DNA of 64,000 nucleotides, from contig OZ244031.1 in assembly GCA_965215045.1 (NCBI GenBank), positions 1,386,626-1,450,625 of the forward strand, given 5' to 3'. Source of the DNA: Gammaproteobacteria bacterium. Its GTDB lineage: Bacteria; Pseudomonadota; Gammaproteobacteria; JABABF01. The notes beneath the pieces were generated by a model, which ran no database searches, was not told where the DNA came from, and saw only the letters and a list, made by a program, of their open reading frames with translations. The number at the start of each line of letters is the position of its first letter. Position 1 is the first letter of the stretch. Below are positions 8,731-20,313 of this stretch, in pieces. Both the position numbers and the translations under genes were made by a program.

Positions 8731-10326
8731 ATGCGCGGACAAATCCCCGTCCTGTCGCTGGTGCTGCTGCTGGTGCTGCTGCTGGCACTGGCGGCGGTCA
8801 CCCGTCTGCGCCTGCCCTCTGCCCAACTCGGCACGGTGCCGGTTCTCATGGAGGCGAGTGCTGCGTCGAGTGCCCGGGGACGCGCGGTCGATGCGCTGCT
8901 GTTGCCGCACCTGGCAGAGCTGGGCCGTGACCCGCAACTGGCCGGGGCACTGGATGCGCCGCAAAAAATGGTCGAACTGCGCGGTTTCTGGGTCGATGCC
9001 TGCGAGGTGCGCCAGGGGGATTACGAGCGCTTCCTGTTGTGGTTGGAAAAAAATCCGCGGCGCCTCCCATCACTGGCCGCGCCGGGACAACCCTACAATT
9101 GGCGCTATGACACGAGTTCCCGCGGGCACCGCCTGGCCGGACGCCTGCAGTCGCCGGCCAGCGGCGTCAGTTATTTCGACGCCTACGCGTACTGCCGCGC
9201 CGCGCGCGGGCGTCTGCCCTTCAGCGAGGAGTGGCAGGCCTTGGCCGGCGGCGAGGAGGGGCGGCTCTACCCCTGGGGAGATGATTTTCGCCAATCCCCC
9301 TGGCCCTACCTGGAAGCCGATCTCAACGCCTCGCAACTGTGTGGCCTGCACCCGGATACCAGCACCCCGGAAGGCGTGCACGACCTGGCGGGCGGGGTCA
9401 TGGAATGGACGCAGGGACAGCGTATCCAGGCACCGCAGGAGAGACGGGCCGCACTGCACGGGGCACCGCCCGAGCGCAAGCCGCCCCAGGGTGTGCACGC
9501 ACTGAACGTGGTACAGCGTCCGATGACGCCCAGGCACCGCAGCCATCATGTCGGTTTCCGTTGCATTTACAACAATCGGCCCAGGCGCCAGCTGCCCTGG
9601 GGAGTGCGCCCGAAGCGGGTGCGCATCCCCGGCGGGCGCTACCGCACCGGTATGCCGCCGGATGCGCGACTGCCCAGGCTCGCCGCCCTGTTGCCGCCGG
9701 AGCGGCTGGGCAAGCTCGCCGCCCTGCTCCAGGGGGGCGAGCGCAAAGCGCGCACCATCCGCTTCGGCCGCTGCGAGGTCAGTCGTGCCCATTACCGCGT
9801 GTTCCTGGGCGACCCGATGGTGCGCCTGGGCCTGTTCGGTAACGAGAACGAGCCCCCGGACGTGAATTACACGCCCCTGGATTGGACCCAGCAGCAACGG
9901 CAGCCGGCACTGCCGGTGACAGGCGTGGATTGGTGGTCGGCGGACGCTTTTGCGCGCTGGGCCGGCGGCCGGCTGCCCAGTGCCGACGAATGGGATATTG
10001 CCGCCGCCGGTCCCGGGGCCACACGCTACCCGTGGGGAGATGAATACGACCCGGAGCGGGCGATGACCGGCGACCTGCCGCAGGCGACCCCGGCGGCCTG
10101 CGGCATCCGGGAACAAGACCTGAGTGCCGCCGGTCTGCACGACCTGGCGGGCAATGTCTCGGAGTGGACCCGCAGCATCACGGTGGAAAAACGGGGTTAC
10201 GCCATGCTGGTCAAGGGGGGCAGCTACCTGTTGCCGGGTGAGGCCAGCGCGCGCAACGGCTTTGCCCGGGCGGCACCGCTGAATCATCGCACGGCAGATA
10301 TCGGTTTTCGCGTTGTGTTTGATTGA
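8731..10326 (+). CDS. Secreted/membrane-anchored protein with two formylglycine-generating-enzyme (FGE/SUMF1, DUF323) domains
   Basis: N-terminal signal/TM (VLSLVLLLVLLLALAAV); two copies of the FGE-sulfatase fold signature (GFRxV..., xxDxAxAYCxWAGxRLPxxxEW, HDLxGNVxEWT, LVKGGSY). Confidence 0.65.
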   Translation: MRGQIPVLSLVLLLVLLLALAAVTRLRLPSAQLGTVPVLMEASAASSARGRAVDALLLPHLAELGRDPQLAGALDAPQKMVELRGFWVDACEVRQGDYERFLLWLEKNPRRLPSLAAPGQPYNWRYDTSSRGHRLAGRLQSPASGVSYFDAYAYCRAARGRLPFSEEWQALAGGEEGRLYPWGDDFRQSPWPYLEADLNASQLCGLHPDTSTPEGVHDLAGGVMEWTQGQRIQAPQERRAALHGAPPERKPPQGVHALNVVQRPMTPRHRSHHVGFRCIYNNRPRRQLPWGVRPKRVRIPGGRYRTGMPPDARLPRLAALLPPERLGKLAALLQGGERKARTIRFGRCEVSRAHYRVFLGDPMVRLGLFGNENEPPDVNYTPLDWTQQQRQPALPVTGVDWWSADAFARWAGGRLPSADEWDIAAAGPGATRYPWGDEYDPERAMTGDLPQATPAACGIREQDLSAAGLHDLAGNVSEWTRSITVEKRGYAMLVKGGSYLLPGEASARNGFARAAPLNHRTADIGFRVVFD

Positions 10327-10455
10327 GAGGGGCCGGGCGGCGGCCACCGGTTTTGGCCTTGTGTTTGATTGAGAGGGGCCGGGCGGCGGCCACCGGTTTT
10401 GGCCTTGTGTTGGACTGGGCGGGGGCGCGCAGCGGCCACCGGTTTTGGCCTTGTG
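10310..10455 (+). repeat. Tandem direct repeat ~46 bp x 3 spanning the stop codon of the FGE gene
   Basis: ttgtgtttgattgagaggggccgggcggcggccaccggttttggcc x2 plus a diverged third copy; abuts the 3' end of tRNA-Leu. Confidence 0.85.
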
Positions 10456-10477
10456 TTCACCCCGGCGGCTCCGGGCC

Positions 10478-10565
10478 CTGGTACCAGAGGCCGGACTCGA
10501 ACCGGCACGCTCTTGCGAGCAATGGATTTTGAGTCCACCGTGTCTACCAATTTCACCACTCTGGC
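10478..10565 (-). tRNA. tRNA-Leu (anticodon CAA)
   Basis: Reverse complement GCCAGAGTGGTGAAATTGGTAGACAC...ACTCAAAATCC...GGTTCGAGTCCGGCCTCTGGTACCA: type II tRNA with long variable arm, anticodon loop CUCAAAA, encoded CCA. Confidence 0.8.
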
Positions 10566-10609
10566 AGCGCAATTTTGGCGATTGGCATAATGATAACAGG
10601 ATTTTTCCG

Positions 10610-12758
<2,149 letters not shown>

Positions 12759-12826
12759 AGAAGCCGCGTGTTTGTGCCTTGTCAAATGCTGCGGATATAC
12801 TGAACCGGGGCCGGGAGAACCGAGAC

Positions 12827-13456
12827 GTGAAACTGCTGTGCTTCAGTGACATCCACAACAGCGATACGGCGCTCCAGGCAATCCTGGAACGCGCAGCAGG
12901 GGTCGACCTGGTGATCGGCGCCGGCGACTTTTGTACGCTGCACCATGGATTGCAGGAGACGATTGAGAAACTGGGTGCGCTCTGCACCCCCGCCCTGTTC
13001 GTGCCGGGCAACAATGAATCGCTGGAGGAGTTGCAAGGCTGCTGCCGCCCCCACGCACAATTGCAGGTGTTGCACGGCAATGCCACCGTGCGCGGCGGCT
13101 TTACTTTTTACGGCCTGGGTGGCGGCATTCCGGTCACCCCCTTCGGCAGCTGGAGTTGGGATTTCGATGAACAGCAGGCCGATGCGCTGCTGGCGGACTG
13201 CCCGGCCGGGGCGGTGCTGATCAGCCACTCGCCGCCGCAGGGCTGCCTGGACCGCACCTCTTCGGGCATGCGGGTCGGCAGTGTGAGCGTGCGCCGGCAC
13301 ATTGTCGAGAAAAAACCCCTGCTCGTGGTCTGCGGTCATATTCACGAGAGTGCCGGCAGGATGGAGGCGTGCGCCGGTGTGCCGGTGATCAATGCCGGCC
13401 CGGACTGCATGGAGTTCGTGCTCGGGGACGACCCCTCTTCTGCGGGCCTCCACTGA
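12827..13456 (+). CDS. Calcineurin-like metallophosphoesterase (YfcE/MJ0936-like)
   Basis: VKLLCFSDIHN...GAGDF...VPGNNE...CGHIHE metal-binding motifs; GTG start chosen to avoid overlap with tgt. Confidence 0.6.
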   Translation: MKLLCFSDIHNSDTALQAILERAAGVDLVIGAGDFCTLHHGLQETIEKLGALCTPALFVPGNNESLEELQGCCRPHAQLQVLHGNATVRGGFTFYGLGGGIPVTPFGSWSWDFDEQQADALLADCPAGAVLISHSPPQGCLDRTSSGMRVGSVSVRRHIVEKKPLLVVCGHIHESAGRMEACAGVPVINAGPDCMEFVLGDDPSSAGLH

Positions 13457-13806
13457 TGTTCAAGATTTGTTTTTATGTGCCCGTGACTCATGTGGAGACG
13501 GTGAAGGAGGCACTGTTTGCCGCCGGTGCCGGGCGTATCGGCGCGTACGAATGCTGCAGCTGGGAGGTCCTGGGCACGGGCCAGTTCCGTCCGGGCGCAC
13601 CCAGCGACCCTTTCCTGGGTCGTCGGGGCGAGCTCGAGCGGGTGGAGGAATACCAGGTGGAAATGGTGTGCGAGGATGCCTGCATCGACCGCGCGCTGGC
13701 CGCACTGTGCGAGGCGCACCCGTACGAGGAACCGGCCTACCAGGCGTGGCGCCTGGCGGAGCGGGAACCCGCCGCTGCTTCCGCTGTGCTGCCGGACCGG
13801 GACTGA
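13456..13806 (+). CDS. Small protein resembling the PII-like insert domain of NIF3/YqfO (COG3323-like)
   Basis: MFKICFYVPVTHVETVKEALFAAGAGRIGAYECCSWEVLGTGQFRP...HPYEEPAYQAW; ATG overlaps the upstream TGA. Confidence 0.45.
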   Translation: MFKICFYVPVTHVETVKEALFAAGAGRIGAYECCSWEVLGTGQFRPGAPSDPFLGRRGELERVEEYQVEMVCEDACIDRALAALCEAHPYEEPAYQAWRLAEREPAAASAVLPDRD

Positions 13807-13810
13807 GCGC

Positions 13811-14425
13811 ATGCTGGAAACCCTGCGCAGCCGTTTTGCCCGTTATTCTGAACCCCTGGAAGGCGGCGAAGAGCAATCGGCGATCCTGGCACCGATTACC
13901 GATGACCGCAGCACCCGGCTGGTGTTGACCCGGCGTTCCAAGTGCCTGCGCCGTCACGCCGGCGAAGTGGCGTTCCCGGGTGGGGCCCGCGAACAGGCAC
14001 TGGGGGAACCGCCGCTGCAGGCCGCCCTGCGTGAAAGCCGGGAAGAGATCGCCCTGCCCAGTGAGAAGGTGGAGATCCTGGGACGCATGCCGCGCATGCA
14101 CACGCGCTTCGACCTGTGGGTCGCCCCCTTTGTCGGCCTGATTCCCGCCGCCCAGCCCCTGTGCGCCGACCCGCGGGAGACCGAGAGCATTTTTCTGGTG
14201 CCGCTGGATTTTTTCTGCGAGCAAAACCTGTTGGCCGATGAATACCCCATCCGGGGAACAATGCGCCGGATTCCGCGTTTCGTGTACGGGGAATACGATA
14301 TCTGGGGTTTTACCGCCCAGGTGATCGTCGAACTGTGCCGCATCGGTGCCGGCATCGAACTGGATGCCGGCCGGGTCGCTCCTTCCCGGGTGCGCCGCCT
14401 GTCGCTGGACAAGAGCCGCTCATGA
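13811..14425 (+). CDS. nudL: CoA pyrophosphatase (Nudix hydrolase NudL/YeaB-like)
   Basis: Nudix box GGAREQALGEPPLQAALRESREEIAL; typical NudL context next to mazG. Confidence 0.7.
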   Translation: MLETLRSRFARYSEPLEGGEEQSAILAPITDDRSTRLVLTRRSKCLRRHAGEVAFPGGAREQALGEPPLQAALRESREEIALPSEKVEILGRMPRMHTRFDLWVAPFVGLIPAAQPLCADPRETESIFLVPLDFFCEQNLLADEYPIRGTMRRIPRFVYGEYDIWGFTAQVIVELCRIGAGIELDAGRVAPSRVRRLSLDKSRS

Positions 14426-15240
14426 ACCGGCGTTACGGTATGGAGGAGGCACTGCAAGTCATGGCGCAACTGCGGCATCCAGAGGGCGGTTGTCCCTGGG
14501 ACCTGGAGCAGGATTTTCATTCCCTGGTGCGCTACACCATCGAGGAGACCTGTGAACTGATCGATGCCATCGAGACCGAGGACTTCGACAACCTGCGCGA
14601 GGAACTGGGGGACCTGTTGTTGCAGGTCGTGTTTTATGCGCGGCTGGCCGAGGAGGCCGGACACTTCGATTTTGCCGCGGTGGTCACCACGCTGGTGGAA
14701 AAACTGCTGCGCCGTCACCCGCATGTTTTCCCGGATGGCACGCTGGAGAGTGCGAACCAGCAGGCTTCCGGGCTCGATGTCGAAGAAGTCTGGCAGCACT
14801 GGAACCAGGCCAAGGAGGCCGAACAGGGCGGTGCTCCCGACGCCTCCGCAAGCCGCATGCACAAGCTGCCGCGCTCCCTGTCGGCACTGGGTTCCGCTGC
14901 CGAGATCCAGCGCCGCGCGGCCGCGATCGGCTTTGACTGGGACGATGCCCGGGGTCCCTTGCGCACAGTGCGCGCAGAACTCGACGAATTGCAACAGGAC
15001 GATGCGGACCAGGAGGCGGAACTGGGGGACCTGCTGTTTTCCTGCGTCAACGCCGCCCGGTGGCTGGGGCTGGACGCCGAGCGGGCCCTGCGCGAGGCGA
15101 ACCGGCGTTTCGTGCGCCGTTTCCGCCTGCTGGAAGAGGAACTGGCTGCCCGCGACATCGCGCCCTCGGCGGCCGACTCTGCCCTGCTCGAGGAGCTGTG
15201 GGCGGCGGCCAAGAAGAAAGATCGGCGTATGCCGCCCTGA
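14422..15240 (+). CDS. mazG: Nucleoside triphosphate pyrophosphohydrolase MazG
   Basis: Tandem MazG domains: HPEGGCPWDLEQDFHSLVRYTIEETCELIDAI...EELGDLLLQVVFYARLAEE and second EAELGDLLFSCVNAARWLGLDAE; ATGA overlap with nudL. Confidence 0.85.
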   Translation: MNRRYGMEEALQVMAQLRHPEGGCPWDLEQDFHSLVRYTIEETCELIDAIETEDFDNLREELGDLLLQVVFYARLAEEAGHFDFAAVVTTLVEKLLRRHPHVFPDGTLESANQQASGLDVEEVWQHWNQAKEAEQGGAPDASASRMHKLPRSLSALGSAAEIQRRAAAIGFDWDDARGPLRTVRAELDELQQDDADQEAELGDLLFSCVNAARWLGLDAERALREANRRFVRRFRLLEEELAARDIAPSAADSALLEELWAAAKKKDRRMPP

Positions 15241-15285
15241 AGCCGGCCTTAGCGTTTTTCACCGTCCGCTACTGGATGCATCCCC

Positions 15286-16485
15286 GTGGGCATTGCACTC
15301 TGCCTCGGCACCCAGGACATTCGCAAGCCGCGCTTCGGCGGCCAGCGCAGCCTCCACGGCAGCCTGTGCGCCCTGGCCCGGGCCGGCGAACAACTGTGGT
15401 ACTGCACGCCGCAGGCGCGAGAGTTTGCGCTCGAGGCGGCGCCGGGCTTGCACTTGAGATCGGTGGCCTCCGCCCCGGGCGAAGGTCCCGCGGCACTGTG
15501 GCGCAGCCTGCGTTTCGGCCTGCCCTACAAGTTCGGCAAGTACTTCTCGCACCGGTTTACGGCCGCTGCGCTGTCCCTGGCGCGCGAGGTCCGCGCGGAC
15601 TGGATTTTTTTGCACGGTGCGCACCTGGGACATGCCGCGCTCGAGCTCAAGCGCGCCCTGGGGCTTCCCCTGCTGCTGCGCGAGCACAATATCGAGTACG
15701 AACTGGTGCGGCAGTACGCCGCGCATTGTCCCCCGTACCTGCGTCCTGCGGTGCGTTGGCAGGAAAGTCGCACCCGGCGTTCCGAGCAGCAGCTGTGGCG
15801 GGAGTGCGACCGCACGCTGCTGATCTCCGACAGCGATTTTGAGCAGGCGCGCACCGAGGGCAGCGGCAATTTCATGCGCGTCTACGATGGCGTGACGATC
15901 GCCGATGCCGCCGGCTACAGCGCGGAAAAAAGCGGCGATTTCCTGCTGGGCGGCGGCATGGATGCCATGCAGAACCGGACCTCCGTGCGCTGGTTCCTGC
16001 ACCGGGTCTGGCGGCCCTTTGCCCGGCGCACCGCCGCCGCCGGGGTGCGCCTTGCGGTTAGCGGTGTCAGCACCGCCGAGCTTTTGCAGGGCGGCGGTTT
16101 GCGCCGCCGGGACCTGGAGGCCTGGCGTATCGACCCGCTGGGCATCACCCCGGATTTCTCCGCCACGGTGCGCCGGCACCGCTATTTCATCTCGCCGGCA
16201 CTGCTGGGCTCCGGCTATCGCGTCAAGGTGGCGGAGGCGGGTGCCTGTGGTGCCTGCGTGTTCCTGGGCCCGGTCGACCTGCGTTCCCTGGCCTTCCTGC
16301 GCGCCGGCGAAAACTGCGTGCAGTTTTCCCGGCTGGAGGATTTTTACACCGCCTACGAGGAACTGCGCGCCGCCCCGGAACGCGCCCGGCAACTGGGCAC
16401 CGCCCTGCAGCGGGACCTGGGGCGCGAGTTGCGCTGGGAACAACACGCGGCCCAGGTGCTGGGGGCACTGCGGGAGCTGCGATGA
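15286..16485 (+). CDS. Glycosyltransferase family 4 (GT-B fold)
   Basis: C-terminal GT1/GT4 domain with EX7E-like motif (KVAEAGACGACVFLGP); GTG start uncertain. Confidence 0.55.
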   Translation: MGIALCLGTQDIRKPRFGGQRSLHGSLCALARAGEQLWYCTPQAREFALEAAPGLHLRSVASAPGEGPAALWRSLRFGLPYKFGKYFSHRFTAAALSLAREVRADWIFLHGAHLGHAALELKRALGLPLLLREHNIEYELVRQYAAHCPPYLRPAVRWQESRTRRSEQQLWRECDRTLLISDSDFEQARTEGSGNFMRVYDGVTIADAAGYSAEKSGDFLLGGGMDAMQNRTSVRWFLHRVWRPFARRTAAAGVRLAVSGVSTAELLQGGGLRRRDLEAWRIDPLGITPDFSATVRRHRYFISPALLGSGYRVKVAEAGACGACVFLGPVDLRSLAFLRAGENCVQFSRLEDFYTAYEELRAAPERARQLGTALQRDLGRELRWEQHAAQVLGALRELR

Positions 16486-17300
16486 ACACCAGGCACCCCC
16501 CGGGTTCTGCAGCCGCTGCGCAAGCCGCCGGGCAGACGCCCCTGGTCTCCATCATCATGCCGAATCGCAATTACGCGGAATTCCTGCCGCAGGCCATCGC
16601 ATCGGTGCAGGCGCAGGGGCTCTCCGCCTGGGAACTGCTGGTGGTCGACGACTGCTCTACCGATGCTTCGCAGGAGGTGGTTGCCGCCTGCGCCGCGCGG
16701 GACCCGCGGATTCAGCTGCTGCCACTGCCGCGCAACCTGGGCCCCCGTCATGCGCGCAACATCGGCACCCTGAGGGCGCGCGGACGCTACATCGCCTTCT
16801 TAGACAGCGATGATTACTGGATGCCGCAGAAACTGGAACTGCAGTTTGCCTTCATGCATCGCCACGGTGCCGCGGTCTCCGCCACCGCCTACGAGCGCTA
16901 CCATGGTGAGGGCCTGCCCAGGCAGAGAGTGCGCGTGCCGTTGCGCATCGACCACCGGCAGTTGCTGTTGCGCAACATGATGAACACGGACACGGTGATC
17001 TATGATCGCACGATGATCGGCAGGCGTTTCAACCTGCATCCCATTGCCCAGGATGATTACAGCCTGTGGCTGGACATCCTGCGCGAGGGACATGTGTGTT
17101 ACGGACTGGACGAGGTGCTGGCCGGGTACCGCATCCACAAGCACTCGCACTCGGCGAACAAGTTCGTCAACCTGGGTCGCCGCCTGGTCGCCTACCGTAC
17201 GGTCGAACGCATGGGTTGGCTGCGCGCCGCCTGGTATTCCCTGGTCTACGCCGTGATCGCCGTATGGTGGCGCAAGGTGCAGGCGCGCCCTCAGAGCTGA
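16482..17300 (+). CDS. Glycosyltransferase family 2
   Basis: VSIIMPNRNYAEFLPQAIASV...VVDDCSTD...FLDSDDYW are GT2 signatures (DxD). Confidence 0.75.
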   Translation: MNTRHPPGSAAAAQAAGQTPLVSIIMPNRNYAEFLPQAIASVQAQGLSAWELLVVDDCSTDASQEVVAACAARDPRIQLLPLPRNLGPRHARNIGTLRARGRYIAFLDSDDYWMPQKLELQFAFMHRHGAAVSATAYERYHGEGLPRQRVRVPLRIDHRQLLLRNMMNTDTVIYDRTMIGRRFNLHPIAQDDYSLWLDILREGHVCYGLDEVLAGYRIHKHSHSANKFVNLGRRLVAYRTVERMGWLRAAWYSLVYAVIAVWWRKVQARPQS

Positions 17301-20281
17301 TATTCTTCGGCCTGCAGCTGCGGCGGCAGTTCGGCATCGCGCGGTACGATCACGGCGGTGCTGGCATTTTCCGGCCGCAGCCAGGCGGTGCCGACGCGCT
17401 GTAAATCCTCCATGCGCGTGTTCAGCACCGCCTTGCGGAATGCGCGGCGGTATTGCGGCCCCCTGCCGAACAGCCGGCCGTGGAAATCCGCCTGCGCCTC
17501 GCCCGCCGGGGAACCGGGCTTGTCCAGGGCGGCGATGACGCTCAGGATCGCCTCTTCCAGTTGCAGCGGCTGATGCCGGGTCTGCTGCAGCCAGTCCAGG
17601 GCGCGGTCAAAATCTTCCAGGGTCGCAGCCAGGCGCGGGTCGCGATAGGAAAAGCAGCAGAAGGCGGCGTGGTCGCCGCTGTAGCGGGCACCGCCCCCGT
17701 ACGCGCCGCCCTGTTCGCGAATCGCGGGGTGCAGGTAGCCGTGGCGCAGGAACTCGGCGAGTACGCAAAGCGGTGCGGCATCGGCATGTGTCGGCGGAAC
17801 CGCGGGCCAGGCCCGGGCGCAGAAATGCACCTGCGTGTCCAGGCGCCACACCTGGGATATGCGCTCTCGCACCGGCGGCAGGGGCAGCAGTGCCTCGCCG
17901 GGTGCCCGTGCGGGGGCCGCACCCGGCCACTGTGCGGCGAGTTCCTGTGTGCACGCCGCCAGTGCCTCCTCTTCGGCGATGAGCAGGGCCTGCAACGGCA
18001 TATCGCGCAATGCACCATGGATCGCGGCCAGCTGTCCGGCCAGCCCTTGCAGGGCGTCGCTCTCCGCGGCATCCCGGTCCAACTGCTTGAGACGCCGCAC
18101 CCCCTCCAGGCCGCTGCATTGATGTGCGAGCACCGCGCCGGGACTCATGCCGGACAGGGCGGCACCCATTGCCAGGCGATGCCCGTGGTCGGTGAGCAGT
18201 TCTTCGCTGCGCGCGCGCGCCTGTGCCAGCAACTCGCGCAGACGCGGCAATTCATCGAAACGCACTTCGTCCAGGGTCTGGCGCAACAGGGCACTGAGCG
18301 CCGCATGATTGCGGAGCAGGGCGTGCGAGGACAGCACGAAGCGCGCCTGCACGCGCTGCGGGTCCGCCACCGTGCCGCGCTGCAGGACGGCGGCACTCAC
18401 CCCGCTGCAGATTGCCGCCTGGCGTTTTTGCACGGACAGGTAGTCCTGTTCGCCGACGCCCAGCTCCCCGAGGAAACGCGCGTACAAGGGCAACAGGAAT
18501 TGCTGTTCTCGCGGCAGTTCCGGCAGATCGAACACCAGTTGCTGGTAGGCGATGCCGTTGCTGCCGCAGGCGTAATACCTAAGCGGCAGGGTGCCGGCGC
18601 TGCCGTGTGCGGGCTGTAATTCCTCGATGTCCGCTGGCGCATCGTGCAGGCGCAGGCGCGGCAGCACCTCGGGGTCGTCCTTGTGTTTCTGCCGCTGTTC
18701 CAGGGCCCGGCCCTTCTCTACCAGTTCTTGACAATCTTCCGCCGACAGCGTGCTGCGCACTGCCGCCAGGCGTTCTTGCACCTGCTGTTCGCGCTCGCTG
18801 CGCAGCCCGGGGTCCGGTTTCATCACCAGGCGCAGGCGGTGTGGATTGTCGAGCAATTGTTCGCGCACCAGCCGCGGGACAAACTGCGGGTCGCCGATGT
18901 CATCGCGCAATTGCTGCAGCACCGGCTCCAGGTTCAGCACCGCCAGCGGGTCGCCGTGATGAATGGCGGCGGGCAGGCATTGCATCATCAGCTGCAGGCC
19001 GTAGGGGAAGCCGTCGCCGCCGATCTCCCGGTGCTGCAGTTCAAATTGGTGCAACACCGCCTCCGTCATCTCCTGTGGCACGCCTTTCTCCGCCGTCTCA
19101 GACAGGGTGTCCAGCACCTCCTGCTCCAGCGCGCCGGCGTGCTCCGGTTCACTGCCTTCGATGCCGCATACCAGGCACAATTCGCGCTGCCCGTCTTCCA
19201 GGCCGCACAGGGAGGAGGGCGCGTTGCCGAGCCGGGTGGTCTCCAGCAGCTGCCGCAGCGGCGAGGCACTGTTGTCCAGCAGGATCCCGTGCAACAGGTT
19301 GGCGCGGGCGATCTGCTCCAGGGAACTGGCGTCGCCCAGGAGCCAGGCGAGCAGGATATGGGTGCGTCCCTTGAGCGCATCGGCACCGTTCCCCGCCTCG
19401 CTCAGCATGTAGCGTTCCTGCGCACACAGCGGTGCCTGGAACCGGGTCTCCAGCGGCACCTGGAACTGTTCCGCCGGTGCGGAGAAATGCTGCAGCACAT
19501 GTTCCTCCAAGTGCGCCTGGTGCTCCGCTGCGGGAATATTGCCGTACGTCATGAACGTGGCATTGCCCGGATGGTAATGACGGCGATGAAAATCGACCAG
19601 GGCTGTGTGCTGCAGTGCGGGGATCTCCAGGGGGTCGCCGCCGCTGTTGTAGCGGTACGTGGTGTCCGGATGCAGGTGACGACACAGGGCCTGCCAGAGT
19701 TGCGCCGGCGTCGAACTCATGGCTCCCAGCATCTCGTTGTAGACCACGCCCCGGTACACCAGCGGGGTGTCCGGGTTGTCGAGCTGCTCGAATTCCATGC
19801 GGTGGCCTTCCTGGGCGAAGTCCAGTGCGTCCAGTTTGGGGAAGAACACCGCATCCAGGTAGACCTGCAGCAGGTTGTCAAAATCCCGCCGGTTGCGGGT
19901 GGCAAAAGGGTAGGCGGTCCAATCGCTGGAGGTGAACGCGTTCATGAACGTGGAGAGCGAGCGCCGCAACATCATGAAGAAGGGATCGCGCACCGGGTAG
20001 CGTTGGCTGCCGCACAGGGCAGTGTGTTCCAGGATGTGGGCGACCCCGGTCGAATCATCGGGGGCGGTGCGCAGGCCGACCAGGAATGCATTTTCCATGC
20101 TGTCTGCGGCGAGATGCAGGTGCAGGGCACCGGTGGCCTGGTGACGGTACTCTTCGATGCACAGGCGCAGTGCGGGAATTTCCTGCCGGCGCCCGGGCGT
20201 GAAACCGGAACCGGGCGCAGCACCCGGCGATGCGGGAGAACTCGCGGGCGTGCCGCGGCGCCCGCCGTGTTGGGCAATCAT
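17291..20281 (-). CDS. M16C-family zinc metallopeptidase (presequence-protease/PreP-like insulinase)
   Basis: Start placed at the internal Met (MIAQHGG...) because the longer ORF overlaps mnmC; HxxEH zinc motif in GVAHILEHTALCGSQRYP plus downstream M16C regions; ~996 aa. Confidence 0.75.
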   Translation of the reverse strand: MIAQHGGRRGTPASSPASPGAAPGSGFTPGRRQEIPALRLCIEEYRHQATGALHLHLAADSMENAFLVGLRTAPDDSTGVAHILEHTALCGSQRYPVRDPFFMMLRRSLSTFMNAFTSSDWTAYPFATRNRRDFDNLLQVYLDAVFFPKLDALDFAQEGHRMEFEQLDNPDTPLVYRGVVYNEMLGAMSSTPAQLWQALCRHLHPDTTYRYNSGGDPLEIPALQHTALVDFHRRHYHPGNATFMTYGNIPAAEHQAHLEEHVLQHFSAPAEQFQVPLETRFQAPLCAQERYMLSEAGNGADALKGRTHILLAWLLGDASSLEQIARANLLHGILLDNSASPLRQLLETTRLGNAPSSLCGLEDGQRELCLVCGIEGSEPEHAGALEQEVLDTLSETAEKGVPQEMTEAVLHQFELQHREIGGDGFPYGLQLMMQCLPAAIHHGDPLAVLNLEPVLQQLRDDIGDPQFVPRLVREQLLDNPHRLRLVMKPDPGLRSEREQQVQERLAAVRSTLSAEDCQELVEKGRALEQRQKHKDDPEVLPRLRLHDAPADIEELQPAHGSAGTLPLRYYACGSNGIAYQQLVFDLPELPREQQFLLPLYARFLGELGVGEQDYLSVQKRQAAICSGVSAAVLQRGTVADPQRVQARFVLSSHALLRNHAALSALLRQTLDEVRFDELPRLRELLAQARARSEELLTDHGHRLAMGAALSGMSPGAVLAHQCSGLEGVRRLKQLDRDAAESDALQGLAGQLAAIHGALRDMPLQALLIAEEEALAACTQELAAQWPGAAPARAPGEALLPLPPVRERISQVWRLDTQVHFCARAWPAVPPTHADAAPLCVLAEFLRHGYLHPAIREQGGAYGGGARYSGDHAAFCCFSYRDPRLAATLEDFDRALDWLQQTRHQPLQLEEAILSVIAALDKPGSPAGEAQADFHGRLFGRGPQYRRAFRKAVLNTRMEDLQRVGTAWLRPENASTAVIVPRDAELPPQLQAEEYQL

Positions 20282-20313
20282 GGAAATGTAAATGTCTCGG
20301 GTCCGGGCGGGAA

